Shown here: positions 58,871 to 64,000 of the stretch, one piece after another
Position numbering within the stretch: the stretch's first letter is position 1
Layout: the number at the start of each line of letters is the position of its first letter
Assembly: GCF_001194135.2 (NCBI RefSeq)
Contig: NC_068982.1
Span: 3,768,946-3,832,945 of the forward strand
Length of the DNA stretch: 64,000 nucleotides
Direction: 5' to 3'
DNA from: Octopus bimaculoides
Taxonomy: Eukaryota
Notes under the pieces: generated by a model
What the model was told of the DNA's origin: nothing
What the model saw: the letters and a program-made list of their open reading frames with translations, nothing else
The model's database searches: none
Translations under genes and position numbers: made by a program

Positions 58871-59089
58871 AATGTTTTGTCCTCTGAGCAACCTCCTCTG
58901 GAATCAAGCAAGAAATCTTCTCCCAAATTTGCAATGTGCAAATTCAAATACCAATTCCAATTTCCATGCCAGCCTGGGTTGGAAAGTTCTTCCAATGCAA
59001 CATTTCTTCCTATCTTCATTATAAGCCCCATCTTTATTTGAGATCAGATTTCACCATTCCTACCTGTGTCTCTTTTGGTTTCTTGCATT

Positions 59090-59300
59090 ATCATTGTCTG
59101 ACAGTTTTTTGTTCTACCAATTTATCCTTTTCCCCATGCAACACTTGTCCATACCAGTGCAATTTGAACCTGATGTCTAGATTTCTTTCTCCTACAATAT
59201 GTGTGCTCTGACACACATGTCCATTACTCAGTAAGTGGAGCATGTTTGCCTCTCTTCTTTCCAGCCTTTGTACATTTTCCACATTCAGCACCCATGTCTT
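59090..59300 (-). mobile_element. RTE LINE ORF fragment
   Basis: SKTWVLNVENVQRLERREANML...KLHWYGQV. Confidence 0.7.
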
Positions 59301-59471
59301 ACTACAAAAAATCATTGCACAAGTGGCTGTGTGGTAAGTAGCTTGCTTACTAACCACATGGTCCTAGGTTCAGTCCCACTGTCTGGCACCTTGGGCAAGT
59401 GTCTTCTACTATAGCCTCAGGCCGACCAAAGCCTTGTGAGTGGATTTGATGGATGGAAACTGGAAGAAGCT

Positions 59472-59697
59472 GAGCTGGCAGAAACATTAGCACGCCGGGC
59501 GAAATGCTTAGCAGTATTTCGTCTGCCACTACATTCTGAGTTCAAATTCCGCCAAGGTCAACTTTGCCTTTCATCCTTTTAGGGTCAATTAAATAAGTAC
59601 CAGTTACACACTGGGGTTGATATGATCAACTTAATCCGTTTGTCTGTCCTTGTTTGTCCCTTCTGTGTGTAGCCCCTTGTGGGCAGTAAACAAATAA
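59472..59697 (+). mobile_element. SINE family C nested in a family A copy, 16-bp TSD
   Basis: gaaactggaagaagct at 59456-59471 and 59698-59713. Confidence 0.93.
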
Positions 59698-60539
59698 GAA
59701 ACTGGAAGAAGCTCATCATATGTGTATATATATGTATGTGTGTGTGTGTGTATGTGTGTGTGTTTGTGTGTGTCTCCCCAACATCGCTTGACAACCGATG
59801 CTGGTGTGTTTACGTCCCCGTAACTTAGCAGCTCGGCAAAAGATCTTGATAAAATAAGTACTAGGTTTACAAAGAATAAGCTCTGAGGTTGATTTGTTCG
59901 ACTAAAGGCAGTGTTCCAGCATGGCCACAGTCAAATAACTGAAACAAGTAAAAGAATATACACAAATATCATACACTATTTGCAAATATCATATGATCTG
60001 CCCTTCATGGCCAACTGAGATAACAACAACCCGATTTGCTTTTCCACCGGTCCTCACTCTCACTGCTACACTTTCAGTTCACCCACTTCCACTGTCGATT
60101 GGGCCACCGAAATTACACACCTAAATCAACTGTTTTCAACAAGTCTTCTACGTAATTGAAAGACTTCATTTCTTAGATGCCCTTTCTGCTAATTACTTAA
60201 GTGTACATGCAACATATAAAGTCCTTTTTCTTGGTCAGCCTGCTTGAAATCCCCCTGCATTTTTATGTGCTGTTTGCATTGGAAGAAATGCTGTATTAGA
60301 AGAAATGCTGCATTGGTCACGTTCAGGTTGTGCTTTTTACATGCCAAAATCTTCTGCTAAATGTTGACATGTGTTCTTCAGTTACTTCTACACTCAGCCC
60401 ACGAAACATATTTTAATTCATCAGCTCAACCAGTTATCACCGTGTATCAGCCGACATGCACAACTCCCAACAGATTTTTATGCTACAATTAAATTACAAC
60501 AAACATTAAGAATAATTACAAACCCTAATTAAACCAACT

Positions 60540-60900
60540 TGCTGACATACTAGATGCTTTTGCAAGAGAGACTAGAATTTTCTGTGAATATAATTTATCT
60601 GGAAGAAGATTTAAACCTCAGCTTCACTGCGATAAAAGAAATGCAAAGGTTAAACAAACATCAAACTATGGCTTATGAAACGAAATTAAATAACAAGAAC
60701 AGACATGAACCATTCTATATAAACCTATGTCTTACCAATTACTAAGATGGAATTAAATAAAGCAATAACAACATTACACTAGAGTTAATTAAACAATAAA
60801 CCAAATAAAATGACAAACATAGAGAAAAATTTTTTTTAAAACCCACACACCTTATATACATCTAACTGATACACGTATTGCATGCAACAGTCAGAAAGAG
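60540..60900 (+). mobile_element. Possible highly decayed PLE reverse-transcriptase thumb region
   Basis: VNIIYLEEDLNL...EPFYIN resembles the PLE NFLDVTLxL...PxYIx(S)NHP region and sits upstream of the endonuclease on the same strand. Confidence 0.35.
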
Positions 60901-61289
60901 CTCAAAAATTAGTTATTGATTTTAACAACTTTGATTGAAAGCCTCAGAATCAATCTATACCAGAAGTACAGATGGTAACAAACACAAGGGGGGATGTGTG
61001 TGTGTATTAACATTTGATCTGGAGAAAGAGATGTGCCCAACGATCTTCATGGACCTTTTAAAACTTGTGAGATCAATAAAGTTAATGTTTTTTCTTGGGC
61101 AGCTGCAAGTTGACATATGCAAAAAAAAATAGTGGGAGAGAGAGAGAGGAGGGGAGTAAATTCCAGAAGATTGACATTCTGAGAAGAGAAGTGGTTTGTG
61201 TGAATCCTGGAGAGGTGGACACAATATGGGTTACAAGAAGAGGGTGAAGGAGAGGGGTTTATTGGTGAAGGTGTCTGGTTCAAGATTGT

Positions 61290-61420
61290 AAAGTTGTGTG
61301 ATTCCTGGCAATGCATTGTGTCCTTGAGCAAGACACTCTATTTCACACTGTTCCAGTTCATTCAGCTGGCAAAAATGAGTTGTACCTGTAATTCAAAGGA
61401 ATTTATTCTTGTCACACCTG
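61290..61420 (+). mobile_element. Fragment of another SINE family
   Basis: ttgtgtccttgagcaagacactctatttcac..., a SINE-core-like motif distinct from families A and C. Confidence 0.55.
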
Positions 61421-61442
61421 TAATAATAAATATGTCTTGGAA

Positions 61443-61800
61443 AATATTGGGTGTACTTGTTTAGACAAAATGTTATGTCCACTTTCTGGTTGATGTCTAG
61501 CAGTAAATGTGGTTTAAAAATGTAATGTTGTGATGGAGACCAATACTTATACTTATATTGGCTGCTCTGTAAATCTCAATCAGCATTTATATAACTCCTA
61601 TTCTTTCTTTAAATTAAGACAAAGAGCAGGCAAGACTTCTCTAGCCATGAAGATTTGGGAACTTAAGGACAACAACGTTAAATTTGATTTGTGTTGGGAC
61701 ATCATTAGGGTTGCTAAACCATGTTCAAACAGCAGATACAGGTGCAGGCTTTGCTGCATGGAGCTGTTTGATGATTATATTATCTAATTAAATAAGATCA
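61443..61800 (+). mobile_element. Pseudogenised Penelope-like element GIY-YIG endonuclease (most like the Naiad type)
   Basis: One frame reads CTC-DK--CPLSG*CL--NVV*KC-V...TYIG...SF...T-L---IWELKD-----W-I------CRLC--E, with two in-frame stops. This matches my recollection of PLE endonucleases with flanking Cys motifs. Confidence 0.75.
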
Positions 61801-61809
61801 ACACCACCT

Positions 61810-62400
61810 ATATAACATTCCAAATTATTAATCATTAGACTACTTTCTACTTCTGGCTTTCTTAGATACCCAATCTGGTATTTCTTCTAACTCGGCACTA
61901 GGTGTAATTTATCATATAACCCCCTCTTTCTTTGAACTCCTTAATGACAAATAGTACACTACTACCACTACTAGGTATATTTCCTTTCCAGGTACACATG
62001 TCCTCATATTACAAGTGGTCTCCATTATCCCATATAACATATTCGTATCCATAACAACATCCTACGTTTTTCTCCTTTACCAGATAAATCAATCGTGCAA
62101 AATACTACAGTTGATTTCCTTTGTACTCGCCCCCACTCCACCCAACATTCAACCTTTATCCACAAAATACCCCTAAATTCTATGGTATCTCTGCCCTCCT
62201 CCCTTTGTTCTTTAACCTTAACCAGTGAATCCTAAACCCCGACCCTATACCTAATTGGCTTTATTTATGCACTTATATATTTCTTCACTTTTTACTTTCC
62301 TTTATTCTTTATCCTTATTTTATTTTCAGCCCTCCCCCCAAACTACCCAATTTTCTAAGCTTAGTATATTAAAATATCACTTACACCTCATCTTTAGCCT
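61810..62400 (-). mobile_element. Possible LINE AP-endonuclease remnant
   Basis: Purine-rich coding-like stretch with an ILWIKV segment; heavily decayed. Confidence 0.25.
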
Positions 62401-62970
62401 CTCAAAGAACCAGTCTAGCTGACTCCTATTTCACCCGGGTCACTGATCTTAAATATCATATTACACCCTTTCACGAACTATATTCTTAACCTAACCCCAC
62501 CCTTTAATGCCCACAATGGCCAATGTTGTTGGTCATTCTCCCATTTCATGGTAAAACTTGACTCTTCACCCATGTCCCTGCCATATTCTTTTATTTTTGA
62601 AATAATGTTTCATCTGATGATTACGGTTTTTTCCAATGAAATAATGTTCTCATTCTTCTATTTAAAAAAATCCATAAGAAACAGCTGTAATGAGCTGGCA
62701 ATTATCCATCCTATGTTATCATTCATTTGATTATAATACACCACAGAGACTTATGACATGTCGGACACCTTGGTGTATACCAACAATGTAACGCTTACTT
62801 TGGACCAGCCCCTAGGGGCTAAATACTCATAGGGTAGGTTCTCTGTGTGTATACAACTGGAATATTCTATTTGATATTTGTCAACCATAGGCAGGGACCA
62901 CCAATTTATTAAACCCTACCTGGTGCATATCTTTTCAAGTACCCGATTTTATCATTATTGTATACATAGC

Positions 62971-63012
<42 letters not shown>

Positions 63013-63013
63013 C

Positions 63014-63049
<36 letters not shown>

Positions 63050-63073
63050 NNNNNNNNNNATATATATTTATAT

Positions 63074-63129
<56 letters not shown>

Positions 63130-63509
63130 TTATATACACACACACACATATATATACTTGACCGCCATGCTTCACTGCTAAATCCACAAGTATTTTTTCT
63201 CTGTTTATTTCCTCTTATTCCTTTCTGTTGAAGAGCATAGGCTCAAAATGTAAAGAACTTTCTCGCTTTCCTAAGTGTCAAACTAATACACTTGCTTGTT
63301 GTTCATACACTAGTCTTCATCTTTTGTTTGTCTATAAATTTCAACGATATATACTTAAACATAACTTCAAGACGCGTGCTTATAGTGATGAATTAAAAGT
63401 GGTTATATGACGATTTAAAGTCTATTTCTCAGCGTCTTTGGCATAGAAATTTTTTTCTTTTGTCCTTATTTATAGGTTCTTTATAATTTTCACCTTAAAA
63501 AGTATTTTT

Positions 63510-63717
63510 TAAATATGCTGGCCACTGATAAAATGTTTTGAAAATTTTATCCTATATTAGATATATATAAACATATATATATGTACCTATACATACATAC
63601 ATCTATACATATATATATATATATATGTATGTATGTATAGGTACATATATATATGTTTATATATATCTAATATAGGATAAAATTTTCAAAACATTTTATC
63701 AGTGGCCAGCATATTTA
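63510..63717. repeat. Near-perfect palindrome, arms about 90 bp
   Basis: taaatatgctggccactgataaaatgttttgaaaattttatcctatattag... is reproduced as its exact reverse complement ending ...cagtggccagcatattta. Confidence 0.95.
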
Positions 63718-64000
63718 CCGGCCATGACGAAGGGAAATAGCCCTGAAACTCGAGTCGCCTTTATATATATATATTTATATTTATATATTTATATATTTGA
63801 TCCTTTATATTGAACACTCAATATTTCATCTACATTCAATACTTTCTTTCATGGTGCCATCCATTTTTATTTTATTTTATTTTATATTGTATATCATATT
63901 ATATATTGTATATTCCATATTCTATACCCCACATTAGTTCTGCAGGAATATAAATAAAACATAAAAAACAGACAGTGTTGGAACTCTTTTAAGCAAAATT

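Noticed and set aside
60390-60425. CGAAAC...TCATCAG as another hammerhead
   Set aside because: CTGATGA and GAAAC are on opposite strands, so no core can form.
61491-61493. In-frame TGA in the PLE endonuclease as a possible selenocysteine (some Naiad elements are reported to encode selenoproteins)
   Set aside because: The TGA falls at the variable position of G-x-C, not at a cysteine, and a TAA follows eight codons later; ordinary decay explains it.

Overview
AT-rich, repeat-dense, gapped animal genomic DNA. The repeat families and microsatellite load look like Octopus (coleoid cephalopod); this is pattern recognition and was not checked by any search. The one protein-coding gene I can support is CDC27/APC3 (anaphase-promoting complex subunit 3) on the minus strand, from ATG 56159 to TGA 6692. 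I reconstructed 19 coding exons by hand, all with GT-AG sites. Their phases are consistent except at one junction, which implies a further exon hidden in an N-gap, and one exon is half-covered by a gap. The rest is transposon-derived: two or three tRNA-headed SINE families, roughly 30 RTE-LINE 3' tails, RTE ORF fragments, piggyBac-type and hAT-type MITEs, and mariner, Tc1-like, Helitron, Gypsy and Penelope-like (PLE) remnants. The main discovery candidate is a six-copy family of about 260-640 bp. Each copy joins a tRNA-like Pol III head (A and B boxes) to a body carrying a minimal type I hammerhead ribozyme motif (ACAC-CUGAUGA-a-GGCUG/CAGCC-GAA-ACGU-U-GUGU). Five of the six are fold-backs in which the second, inverted arm lacks the ~30-nt tail. 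This resembles a non-autonomous, ribozyme-bearing SINE mobilised by Penelope-like elements. A decayed PLE GIY-YIG endonuclease and a second palindrome with a hammerhead-like motif lie at 61-64 kb.
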